DNA from: Lachnospiraceae bacterium
GTDB lineage: Bacteria > Bacillota > Clostridia > Lachnospirales > Lachnospiraceae
Reading direction: 5' to 3'
Length of the DNA stretch: 32,000 bases
Assembly (NCBI GenBank): GCA_017615545.1
Contig: JAFZZY010000013.1
Location: 69,675-101,674 of the forward strand
The notes below the pieces were generated by a model. The model made no database searches, was not told where the DNA came from, and saw only the letters and a program-made list of their open reading frames with translations. Positions 9,838-17,424 of the stretch are shown here, piece by piece. The translations under genes were made by a program, and so were the position numbers. The number at the start of each line of letters is the position of its first letter. Positions within the stretch are counted from its first letter, which is position 1.

Positions 9838-10557
9838 TTATCCTTCGTTCTTAGGGCTCTGATCCTTCAGCCGGATCGGTGAACGAAATACCTGTATGAA
9901 TAAGATCGAAACGACCATGCGGAGCATATAGAACATCGCCTTCGGCGCATTGAAATAACTAACGCCTGCGATTCTTTCGTCCATTTCGACCTGGACCTCG
10001 CTGACCTTCGCTCCGGATTTGATCATGTATGCGACCGAATCGGGCTCCGGGCTGAGGTTTGTATGATGCGCGAACAGTTTGATCATCCGCCGATTATAGA
10101 TACGCATTCCGGAGGTCGGATCTTTGATCTTTCGAAATGTCGTAATTCGGATGGCTCCGCTGATCAGTCGACTGCCGAGCATACGGATCGAAAGCGGTTT
10201 CTTCTTCTCCGCGAAACGGGAACCGATAACGATATCCTGTCCCTTCTCACATTCCGTGAGAAGTTTTTCGATATATTCGGCCCTGTGCTGTCCGTCGGCA
10301 TCGTACTGGATCGCATAATCAAAATCATGCTTCTCGGCATACTGCATGCCCGCCTGGAAGCCACCGGCCAGTCCCAGGTTCACCGGAAGGTCGATCAGGT
10401 TGTATCCCTTCCTCCGGCAGATCTGCGCCGTATCGTCCTTCGATCCGTCATTGACCACCACATAGGAATATTGCGGGTAATCTTGGATCAGGTGGTCGAT
10501 GACCCTCTCGATATTCTCCCGCTCATTATACGCGGGGACAATGATCAACAGTTTCAT
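9838..10557 (-). CDS. GtrB/GacI-like GT2 polyprenyl-phosphate glycosyltransferase
   Basis: Contains LLIIVPAYNERENI...VVVNDGSKDDT...QYDADGQH, the DPM1/GtrB-type core. Length is 239 aa. Confidence 0.85.
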   Translation of the reverse strand: MKLLIIVPAYNERENIERVIDHLIQDYPQYSYVVVNDGSKDDTAQICRRKGYNLIDLPVNLGLAGGFQAGMQYAEKHDFDYAIQYDADGQHRAEYIEKLLTECEKGQDIVIGSRFAEKKKPLSIRMLGSRLISGAIRITTFRKIKDPTSGMRIYNRRMIKLFAHHTNLSPEPDSVAYMIKSGAKVSEVQVEMDERIAGVSYFNAPKAMFYMLRMVVSILFIQVFRSPIRLKDQSPKNEG

Positions 10558-11939
10558 GATCTTCCTCTTCTTCGCTGATATTCAACGTAGATATACATTA
10601 GTATCGTAATGGCAAACCAAAACCAGACGGTCGGATTGGAAAACCATGTATCAAAAAACGACAGCGTCGCGTAAAGCGCGAGTTCCGCGCACATCAGCAA
10701 CGTGATCGGATTCTGTCTCTGTTTGCGCTCGTTCAAGCGAGTAATGCCTGCAAGCAAAGCTCCGAACAAGATTGAGAACAAAAGCACGCCGACGAGGCCG
10801 AAGTCAAAATAGGCATCGTAGATGACACTGAGGGTCGACAGTTCCTGTTTAAGCAGGTCGGGATCCGGCGGTGTCAGTGAAGGCACCATAAACTTAAGTC
10901 CGGTGAGCGCTACGATCGGGAACGCGCTGCGCAATCCATATGTATGCTCGGTCAATGTAAGCGTCATATGGTTGAAGTTCGCATAGTTGTTGCTGACATA
11001 CATATACAACAGTTGCGCGATCTCCGGAGTCTCGGGATCCTTCATGTCGAAGATCCCCTGCAGATATCCTTCGGGATAGTTCCTGCGGACCGTGAACACA
11101 AAGCCGGCCAGCAACAGGACCACTGCCATGATCAAGGCTGCAATACCGATCCGCTTTAACGGCAGGTCGGAAAATTTCTTAAACCGAAGTTTCAGAAGCA
11201 GGATCATGACCGGATAGAAAAACACCAGTAAAAACTGAAGTTTGGAAACGCAAAGGATCGGGATCAAAAGCGAAATGATATTCGCGATCAGGATGATCCG
11301 CATCCTCTTTTGGGGGCGCTCCTCTTTCTTTGCAAACATCAGGAACAGGACCGTCAGCGCATGTGTGAACATACTGCTGAATGTAAAGTAGTGCAGTCCC
11401 GTCACATGAAAGTAATTATATGCATGGGTAAATGTCGCAAACAGAGGAATGTATCTCAGTTTTATTACTTCAGCGCAAAAGCACAGGAACGAGATGCCGG
11501 AAGTTATGGGAATGAGCTTATACAGCGCATCTGTCACTCGGCTTCTCGATGCATCATCGAAAACCTCAGGTTCCTTCTTCTGCGGCAGCAACATGCATGC
11601 TTCAAAGGTAAGCATGGTAAGTGCATAAAAGCCAAAGAAACTGAGGATACTCGTATCCGTCCACGGCTCGTGCAGATTACTGAGGCGCAGGTTTGCGAGC
11701 CCCAGGCCAAACAGCCAGGACAGAGAAAGTAAAGCACGCAGGTCGACCAGACAACCGCTGAGTCTTGCGTAAAACAGGTAAGAACCGAAGGCAGCGAGGA
11801 TCAACAAGATGCTGACGATCCACTGTCCGCTATCCGGAACGAACCGGCATAACAGGCCGCCGCACAGAGCTACGGCTACGGGATAGGCAAATACAAAACC
11901 ATTACGGATCGTACTCTTGATTTCCTTTCCGTTTTCCAT
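10554..11939 (-). CDS. Polytopic membrane protein, O-antigen polymerase (Wzy)-like or GT-C-like
   Basis: By eye there are about 12 hydrophobic helices, with one large loop (RRNYPEGYLQGIFDMKDPETPE...LTPPDPDLLKQ) near the C-terminus. It overlaps the GtrB-like gene by 4 nt. The function is inferred from context only. Confidence 0.6.
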   Translation of the reverse strand: MENGKEIKSTIRNGFVFAYPVAVALCGGLLCRFVPDSGQWIVSILLILAAFGSYLFYARLSGCLVDLRALLSLSWLFGLGLANLRLSNLHEPWTDTSILSFFGFYALTMLTFEACMLLPQKKEPEVFDDASRSRVTDALYKLIPITSGISFLCFCAEVIKLRYIPLFATFTHAYNYFHVTGLHYFTFSSMFTHALTVLFLMFAKKEERPQKRMRIILIANIISLLIPILCVSKLQFLLVFFYPVMILLLKLRFKKFSDLPLKRIGIAALIMAVVLLLAGFVFTVRRNYPEGYLQGIFDMKDPETPEIAQLLYMYVSNNYANFNHMTLTLTEHTYGLRSAFPIVALTGLKFMVPSLTPPDPDLLKQELSTLSVIYDAYFDFGLVGVLLFSILFGALLAGITRLNERKQRQNPITLLMCAELALYATLSFFDTWFSNPTVWFWFAITILMYIYVEYQRRRGRS

Positions 11940-11944
11940 TGTTT

Positions 11945-12208
11945 TTATTCTCCTAAACCGTTATTGATCACTGTCATCATGGCGCTGAGCGCCTGATCTT
12001 CGTCCTCTCCCTCGCAAACGAACTCGAGTTCGTCTCCGCACTTGATCCCGGCGCCGAGAACGCTCAAAACGCTCTTGGCATTCGCCGTTGTCGTGGAACG
12101 GGAAAATGTGATCTTGCTTTTAAATTTCACCGCCTCCGTGCAAAGCACGCCTGCAGCGCGAAGATGCAGACCGGTCGGGTTGGTGATAACAACTTTATGA
12201 TTAACCAA
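11945..12208 (-). CDS. HPr-family phosphocarrier protein
   Basis: NPTGLHLRAAG matches the His15 region and AKSVLSVLGAG matches the Ser46 region. The ORF-track start at 12226 is GTG. A TTG at 12208 lies 6 nt after GGAGG (12215-12219) and gives a canonical 87-aa HPr. Confidence 0.8.
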   Translation of the reverse strand: MVNHKVVITNPTGLHLRAAGVLCTEAVKFKSKITFSRSTTTANAKSVLSVLGAGIKCGDELEFVCEGEDEDQALSAMMTVINNGLGE

Positions 12209-12228
12209 AATAGGCCTCCAAAACACAA

Positions 12229-13722
12229 TTATAGAACGGGTTCAAACTCCTCCGTCGACATCTCGGGATTCTCCGGTTCGGTCGGGATCTCGGGTGTTAC
12301 CGGCTCGGTCTCCGGCTCGGTGGGTTCCTCAGAAGTCACCGGTTCAGTTTCCGTAGGGATCTCAGGAGTTTCCGGCTGTATCTCCGGCGGGATCTCAGTC
12401 TGAGGTTCCGTCGGAATTACCGGTGGGTCCGTGGGGGGCTCCGTTTCCTGTGTCGGGGGAACATACGGAGTCGTTTTTTCGGAAACGATGATCGTAACAT
12501 CATCCTTCCGGATCAGCGTACATCCCTCGGGAAGTTCGATCACCGGTGAAAACGTTCTCTCATCTCCGATCTCCATGCCGGCAACATTCACGGATACGCG
12601 GATGTTCTCGGTCAGAGGTTTGTCGACCTGATCGGAGTCAAACTCGACTTCGATGTTGTAGGTGTCCTTCGACATCGTATATTCATACAACGGGTTCTTA
12701 TTTTCCATCTCGATCTTATCGAAACGGTACAGTTTTTGCGGCTTCTTCGTGATGTCCAGCTCCACTGTGATCATGTCGCTCTCATTTTCCGCCAGCTTGA
12801 TATTCTCAGAAACACTGATCAGATAACGGGTCAGCGAGATCGACTCGGTCTTCGCCTCAGAGAGATTACTGATGTCCGGATCCAGAACGATCTCGGAAAT
12901 GGACTTCAGATCATCCTTCGGGCCGATAACATTGACCTTTTCACGACTGGAAGTAGCATCACGGAGATAATATCCGTCGGCAGGCGTTCCGGTCGGCTTC
13001 ACGGTAACCGTAAGCGATTTCGACAGCATAACGGGAACCGTTGCGGTCACCAACTGTGTGATCGGGGAAATGGACGGCAGGTCGGTGCCCGGCTTCAGCT
13101 CGTTCATCTTCTCGTCGACCAGGGTCGGCGTATATGTCTCGGTAAATCCTTCGTTGACATCCTGTCCGGAAATATAGACAACCGCCTGATAGATCTTCGA
13201 AACATCGGAACGACGTCCGCGGATCGTGATCTCGCTCGGGTTTACGGTAACCTTACCCTTCATGAAATCCGGTGCAAGCGTTACGGAATCACTGATCGGA
13301 ACGATCGCAAACTTACGTTCGATGAGCGGCTCAGTCTCGACGTCGATGTACACCGACTTCGGATTCCAACTTAAAATGATATTGGCATTGTTGACGGGAT
13401 CTTTTTTCTCGAGATTGCAACGCTTATAAACTTCGTCGTCACCGTACAACTTCTGCATGTCGGCTTCCACGACGAAATCCGCTGCCGTGATCTTTCCGAT
13501 ATCGAGCAGGCGCGCCTTGACTTCGATCTCGACGGTGATCCTGTCATCAACGATCGTCGTTCCGTTTGCTTCCAGCTGGTCGACATTTGTAAGTTTGACC
13601 GGCACGGTCAATGTCTTCGTCGACTCGGGGTTCAGGTTATATGCAACCAAAACCCAAATAAACACAGCGGCAAGCAAGGATACGATCTTCATTAACAGAT
13701 TATTTCTCAGAAACTTTTTCAT
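12229..13722 (-). CDS. cdaR: CdaR (YbbR-domain regulator of diadenylate cyclase CdaA) with a Pro/Thr/Glu-rich C-terminal tail
   Basis: It has an N-terminal TM anchor (IVSLLAAVFIWVLVAY) and repeated YbbR-like beta-rich modules. It overlaps the cdaA 3' end by 23 nt, the canonical arrangement. Confidence 0.85.
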   Translation of the reverse strand: MKKFLRNNLLMKIVSLLAAVFIWVLVAYNLNPESTKTLTVPVKLTNVDQLEANGTTIVDDRITVEIEVKARLLDIGKITAADFVVEADMQKLYGDDEVYKRCNLEKKDPVNNANIILSWNPKSVYIDVETEPLIERKFAIVPISDSVTLAPDFMKGKVTVNPSEITIRGRRSDVSKIYQAVVYISGQDVNEGFTETYTPTLVDEKMNELKPGTDLPSISPITQLVTATVPVMLSKSLTVTVKPTGTPADGYYLRDATSSREKVNVIGPKDDLKSISEIVLDPDISNLSEAKTESISLTRYLISVSENIKLAENESDMITVELDITKKPQKLYRFDKIEMENKNPLYEYTMSKDTYNIEVEFDSDQVDKPLTENIRVSVNVAGMEIGDERTFSPVIELPEGCTLIRKDDVTIIVSEKTTPYVPPTQETEPPTDPPVIPTEPQTEIPPEIQPETPEIPTETEPVTSEEPTEPETEPVTPEIPTEPENPEMSTEEFEPVL

Positions 13723-14566
13723 TCTTCTTGCCCTTCCTGAACTTGAACCGCTTCGTGGGCGCTTCGATCACGCGAAGCTGCTCCATTCTTGCGACCAGTT
13801 TTTCGAACGTGAGGCCACGTGACAGCACGCCGTCCTCAGCTACAGAGACCTGACCGGTCTCCTCGGAAACGATGATGCAAAAGCAGTCCGACACCTCACT
13901 GACACCGATGCCGGCGCGGTGACGGGTTCCGAGGGAATGGCTAATGCTCATATTCTTCGAAACCGGCAAAACGCAAGTCGCCGCGGTCACACGATCCCGG
14001 CGCACCAGAACGGCGCCGTCGTGCAGAGGTGTGTTCTTTTCAAAGATCTGATTTAATAACTGCGGTGAGATCATGGCATCCAAAGGGATACCTGTCTTCT
14101 CATATTCGCCTAAGGGTGTCATGTTCTCGATAACGATCAGGGCTCCGACCTTTTCAGCGCCCATCTCGAAACAAGCCTGTGCGATCGCGTCGCGGGTCTC
14201 TTCGCTGAAGCGTTCGTTCTTCGCTCCGTCAAACCATCCGGCGAACCGCAGGTTTCTGCGTCCCAACTGTTCCAGACCACGACGCAACTCGGGCTGGAAT
14301 AAGATGAACACGGCAATGATACCAACGCCGAACGCACTCTGCAAGATCGACAAGATAACTCGCAGCTGCATGACATAGGCCGCCAGCATGATCGCCAGAA
14401 TGATGATCAAACCTTTCAGCAATGTCCATGTCTGTGTTTTCTGGAACCAACGCAGAATGTAGTACACGCTGATCGTAAGGATGATGATCTCGACAAATCC
14501 CGAGAACCCGAGGCTGGCCCAGACCCAGGAAAAATTATAGCTTAAATAGTCTAGTACTTGTTTCAC
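13700..14566 (-). CDS. cdaA: Diadenylate cyclase CdaA (c-di-AMP synthase)
   Basis: Three N-terminal TM helices precede a DAC domain with the motifs HDGAVLV, GTRHRAGIG and SEETG. The GTG start overlaps the upstream stop (GTGA). Confidence 0.95.
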   Translation of the reverse strand: MKQVLDYLSYNFSWVWASLGFSGFVEIIILTISVYYILRWFQKTQTWTLLKGLIIILAIMLAAYVMQLRVILSILQSAFGVGIIAVFILFQPELRRGLEQLGRRNLRFAGWFDGAKNERFSEETRDAIAQACFEMGAEKVGALIVIENMTPLGEYEKTGIPLDAMISPQLLNQIFEKNTPLHDGAVLVRRDRVTAATCVLPVSKNMSISHSLGTRHRAGIGVSEVSDCFCIIVSEETGQVSVAEDGVLSRGLTFEKLVARMEQLRVIEAPTKRFKFRKGKKNEKVSEK

Positions 14567-15600
14567 TCCTCTTCCTCTCTTTCTGAGGTCTCCGTAGCCT
14601 CAGGCTCCTCCTCCGTCTTCGGTGCCGATGTGTCCAGGAAGACGACTTGCTCCGAAGTCTTCGTCTCTTCTTTCACTTTTCGTGAATTGATCTTCGTGAC
14701 GCGTACCTCAGGCGCTGTAACGCGGACCTTCGGAACGGCCTTGACATAGTAATAATATTCATCGTCCTCGAATTGGACATGTTCGACTCTGAGCGAATCC
14801 ACCATGAAGAACAGGAAATGCAGCACAAAGCCGATGAGCAATGCAAAGAATATGTTCAGGATCAGCGAAAGCATGCGGATCTCCTGGTCCATGACCAGCG
14901 CGAAGATCAGCGTCAGCATCAGGTACAGCACAGTACCGATGGCGATCGCGAAGATCCAGTTGTTGTGGAAGAACGTTCTGCGGATAATGAATACCGCGAT
15001 CGTTACCACCAACAGGATCACGATGCAGGTCCAGATACGGTCATCCAGGAACGCGCCCTTCACGACTGTGATGCCCTGCTTAAAGATGCTTCCGACATCC
15101 GAAGTGAGCACCATGAAATTCGAATCGAAGTAATTGACATAGGCAGCGATCATCAGACCGAAGATCGCGGGAACGACCGCCAGCGGTGTCGTCAAAAGTC
15201 CGATGATGACTCCGATCGGCGCAGGCAGACCAAGAAGTCCCAGCAACAGCGCGACGTTCGCATAGATCGCATTGCCCGGTTTGAACGAAAAATAGATCAG
15301 ATACATGATCAGTCCGAGCATCGGAACGAAGGCCGCAAGCAGTTTTGAGACTTCAAACAGATTTATTGTAATAAACAGGATCGAGACAGCAAAACCGAAG
15401 CCGCCGGGCAGTACGCAGGCGACCAGGGTCAAAGCGATCAGAAACAACTCCGAATTCATCTGCGTCATATAGCCCGTTTTTACATTGATCGTGATCAAAA
15501 CGGCAAATGCAAGAATGAAACGCAGTCCGGCGTCGATCCATCGGCTGTACTCACTGTATATCTTCTTCAGGCGTTCCCGAAACACCAGTAGGTTCGTCAT
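14563..15600 (-). CDS. Uncharacterised polytopic membrane protein with an acidic C-terminal tail
   Basis: 345 aa with about 8 hydrophobic helices, followed by VEHVQFEDDEYYYYVKAVPK and a Glu-rich tail. AAGGAG lies 9 nt before the ATG at 15600. Its stop overlaps the cdaA start. I recognise no family. Confidence 0.7.
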   Translation of the reverse strand: MTNLLVFRERLKKIYSEYSRWIDAGLRFILAFAVLITINVKTGYMTQMNSELFLIALTLVACVLPGGFGFAVSILFITINLFEVSKLLAAFVPMLGLIMYLIYFSFKPGNAIYANVALLLGLLGLPAPIGVIIGLLTTPLAVVPAIFGLMIAAYVNYFDSNFMVLTSDVGSIFKQGITVVKGAFLDDRIWTCIVILLVVTIAVFIIRRTFFHNNWIFAIAIGTVLYLMLTLIFALVMDQEIRMLSLILNIFFALLIGFVLHFLFFMVDSLRVEHVQFEDDEYYYYVKAVPKVRVTAPEVRVTKINSRKVKEETKTSEQVVFLDTSAPKTEEEPEATETSEREEEE

Positions 15601-16018
15601 AAGACTTTTCTCCTTCTTTTGGATCCGCTGCCTCCTCAGGATAATACTGAGCCAGGCCTTTCAGCAGGGAAAGTTGCTTCTTCGCAAATTTCTCGGCTGC
15701 ATTATAGCGAAGGAAATAAACGATAAGAGTGATCATCCAGTGCACCACGAGAATGCTGAAATACGTGATGCCGATGACGATCAGGTACTTCTGCCACTCG
15801 AAGTCGCGGATGGAGATCAGGTTCTCTTCGACCGCGATCAAAAACGCCCCCACGATGACCAGCAAAAACGCGATCGTCACGCAGAGAAACGATTTGAACA
15901 GGTAGAAGGCGATATAATCCCCACGGGTAAAAGTATGCGCATACAGGTGATGACGTTTTTCATTCTGCTCATTCAGCGCGATCTGTGTCATACGCTTGAT
16001 CTTATCCTGAGTATACAT
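15551..16018 (-). CDS. Uncharacterised two-TM membrane protein
   Basis: 155 aa. GGAGG (16025-16029) lies 6 nt before the ATG at 16018. Two hydrophobic helices are present. Its 3' end overlaps the next gene by 50 nt. Confidence 0.65.
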   Translation of the reverse strand: MYTQDKIKRMTQIALNEQNEKRHHLYAHTFTRGDYIAFYLFKSFLCVTIAFLLVIVGAFLIAVEENLISIRDFEWQKYLIVIGITYFSILVVHWMITLIVYFLRYNAAEKFAKKQLSLLKGLAQYYPEEAADPKEGEKSYDEPTGVSGTPEEDIQ

Positions 16019-16053
16019 GCGCAGCCTCCTTATCCCATACTCCTACAGATAGC

Positions 16054-16082
16054 ATTATACCATATATTTGCGATAAATGGTA
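16054..16082 (-). promoter_or_regulatory. Candidate extended -10 promoter ahead of the membrane-protein/cdaA genes
   Basis: Minus strand reads TGgTATAAT (16054-16062). The -35 element TACCAT (16077-16082), 17 nt upstream, is weak. It sits in the 67-nt gap after the MBL gene stop. Confidence 0.45.
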
Positions 16083-16085
16083 GTA

Positions 16086-17141
16086 TTATTTTAGTCTTTT
16101 CAAGCCTGCGGGTTCTGAGACAAAGGTGATGTCTCCGTCCTGATCTGTGCGTAAGATCAGGCATCCGCCGCTTCTCTTGCGCGCCAGATCTTCCAGGCGC
16201 GACAGGACATCAACGTCCGGGTGACCGTATGCATTGCCCGCTCCGACACTGATCACGGCGATCCCCGGATAGGTCAGGTCGAGGAAGCGGTAGGAAGTCG
16301 ATGAATTGCTTCCGTGATGGCCCACACGCAGGATGTCGACATCGCGGATCAGCGTGGCGTACTCGCTGTCGCACAGCGCGCTCTCCGCCTCCCGCTCCAT
16401 ATCTCCCGCGATCAGGATCTTGTGCCCTTCGTGGGCAATGACCACCGCCAGCGAAGCATTGTTCAGATCCTCATAGGGTTCATTCTTCGGCGACACGATC
16501 GAGATCTGCGCGGTTCCAAAAAAAAAACTATCCCCGGCCGCCAGCGCACGGATCTGAAAGTTCTGACGCTCTGCCTCTTCTTTCAGTTCGGCAAATGCGC
16601 TCTCGCCTGCTGTCGGTGCCGAATAGTAAAGCTGCGTTACCGGCAGCATCTTTTTCTTCAAAATCTCCGTCAAACCACCCATATGGTCCGAGTGCGGATG
16701 CGTCAAGATCATCTGCACGTTCTGCACCTCACCAAAGCTCTTCACCTGTTCTGTGACATGGGCAGCATAATTCCAATATCCTGCATCGATGATCAATGCA
16801 CTCTTTGTCTTCGGATCATAGATGATCGTGCAGTCACCCTCGCCGACATTAGCGAACGTGATGCATAGCGATTTCTCTGGATCTTCCAGTGAATCAACGA
16901 CCGCAGGTTCCGTCGGCTTCTCCAGCTTCAAAAACGGCAGGAAACGGAAATCTTTACGCACCAGCGGAAAATACAAAAACAGGATCCCGGCGGTGATCAG
17001 GCACACCAAAAGAAGGCCTGTCAAAATACGTTTCACAAGCCTGTTTCTTCTGCGTCTTTTGCGGATCCGGTTCTTCAGTTCCTGCTGCTCCCGGAGCCGC
17101 TCTATCTCATCTTGTATGTTTTCAGGTTTATTCCCCATCAT
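16086..17141 (-). CDS. Membrane-anchored MBL-fold metallo-hydrolase (ComEC/Rec2 C-terminal-domain-like)
   Basis: A basic N-terminus and one TM helix are followed by LTHPHSDHMGG (the HxHxDH motif) and a later RVGHHGS motif. Confidence 0.85.
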   Translation of the reverse strand: MMGNKPENIQDEIERLREQQELKNRIRKRRRRNRLVKRILTGLLLVCLITAGILFLYFPLVRKDFRFLPFLKLEKPTEPAVVDSLEDPEKSLCITFANVGEGDCTIIYDPKTKSALIIDAGYWNYAAHVTEQVKSFGEVQNVQMILTHPHSDHMGGLTEILKKKMLPVTQLYYSAPTAGESAFAELKEEAERQNFQIRALAAGDSFFFGTAQISIVSPKNEPYEDLNNASLAVVIAHEGHKILIAGDMEREAESALCDSEYATLIRDVDILRVGHHGSNSSTSYRFLDLTYPGIAVISVGAGNAYGHPDVDVLSRLEDLARKRSGGCLILRTDQDGDITFVSEPAGLKRLK

Positions 17142-17400
17142 CTGCCAATATCATTTGTTCGGGATCGAACCCGGCTTCGTCAGCCTCGCGGTTTTTGCGG
17201 AATGCATCGCCCGCGTCATCGATCATGTCCTCATAACCGACGAGGGCCGCAAACGGGGCGAACTGCGCCGCGCGCTGTTGCAGAGACATCTGCGGATGCT
17301 TCTTCGAGACCGGATGTTCCCGCTCGTAGAGATCCTCATACGGGTCGTTTCCGGCCTGCCCCGAAACCATATTCATGTTTTTCTTCGGTTTCTGCTCCAT
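17128..17400 (-). CDS. YolD-like protein (accessory partner of Y-family polymerases)
   Basis: 90 aa with the core motif AAQFAPFAALVGYEDMI. GGAGG lies 7 nt before the ATG. It is directly downstream of a Y-family polymerase gene. Confidence 0.75.
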   Translation of the reverse strand: MEQKPKKNMNMVSGQAGNDPYEDLYEREHPVSKKHPQMSLQQRAAQFAPFAALVGYEDMIDDAGDAFRKNREADEAGFDPEQMILADDGE

Positions 17401-17424
17401 GCTGTCTCCTCCGGCTGCCGCCGT

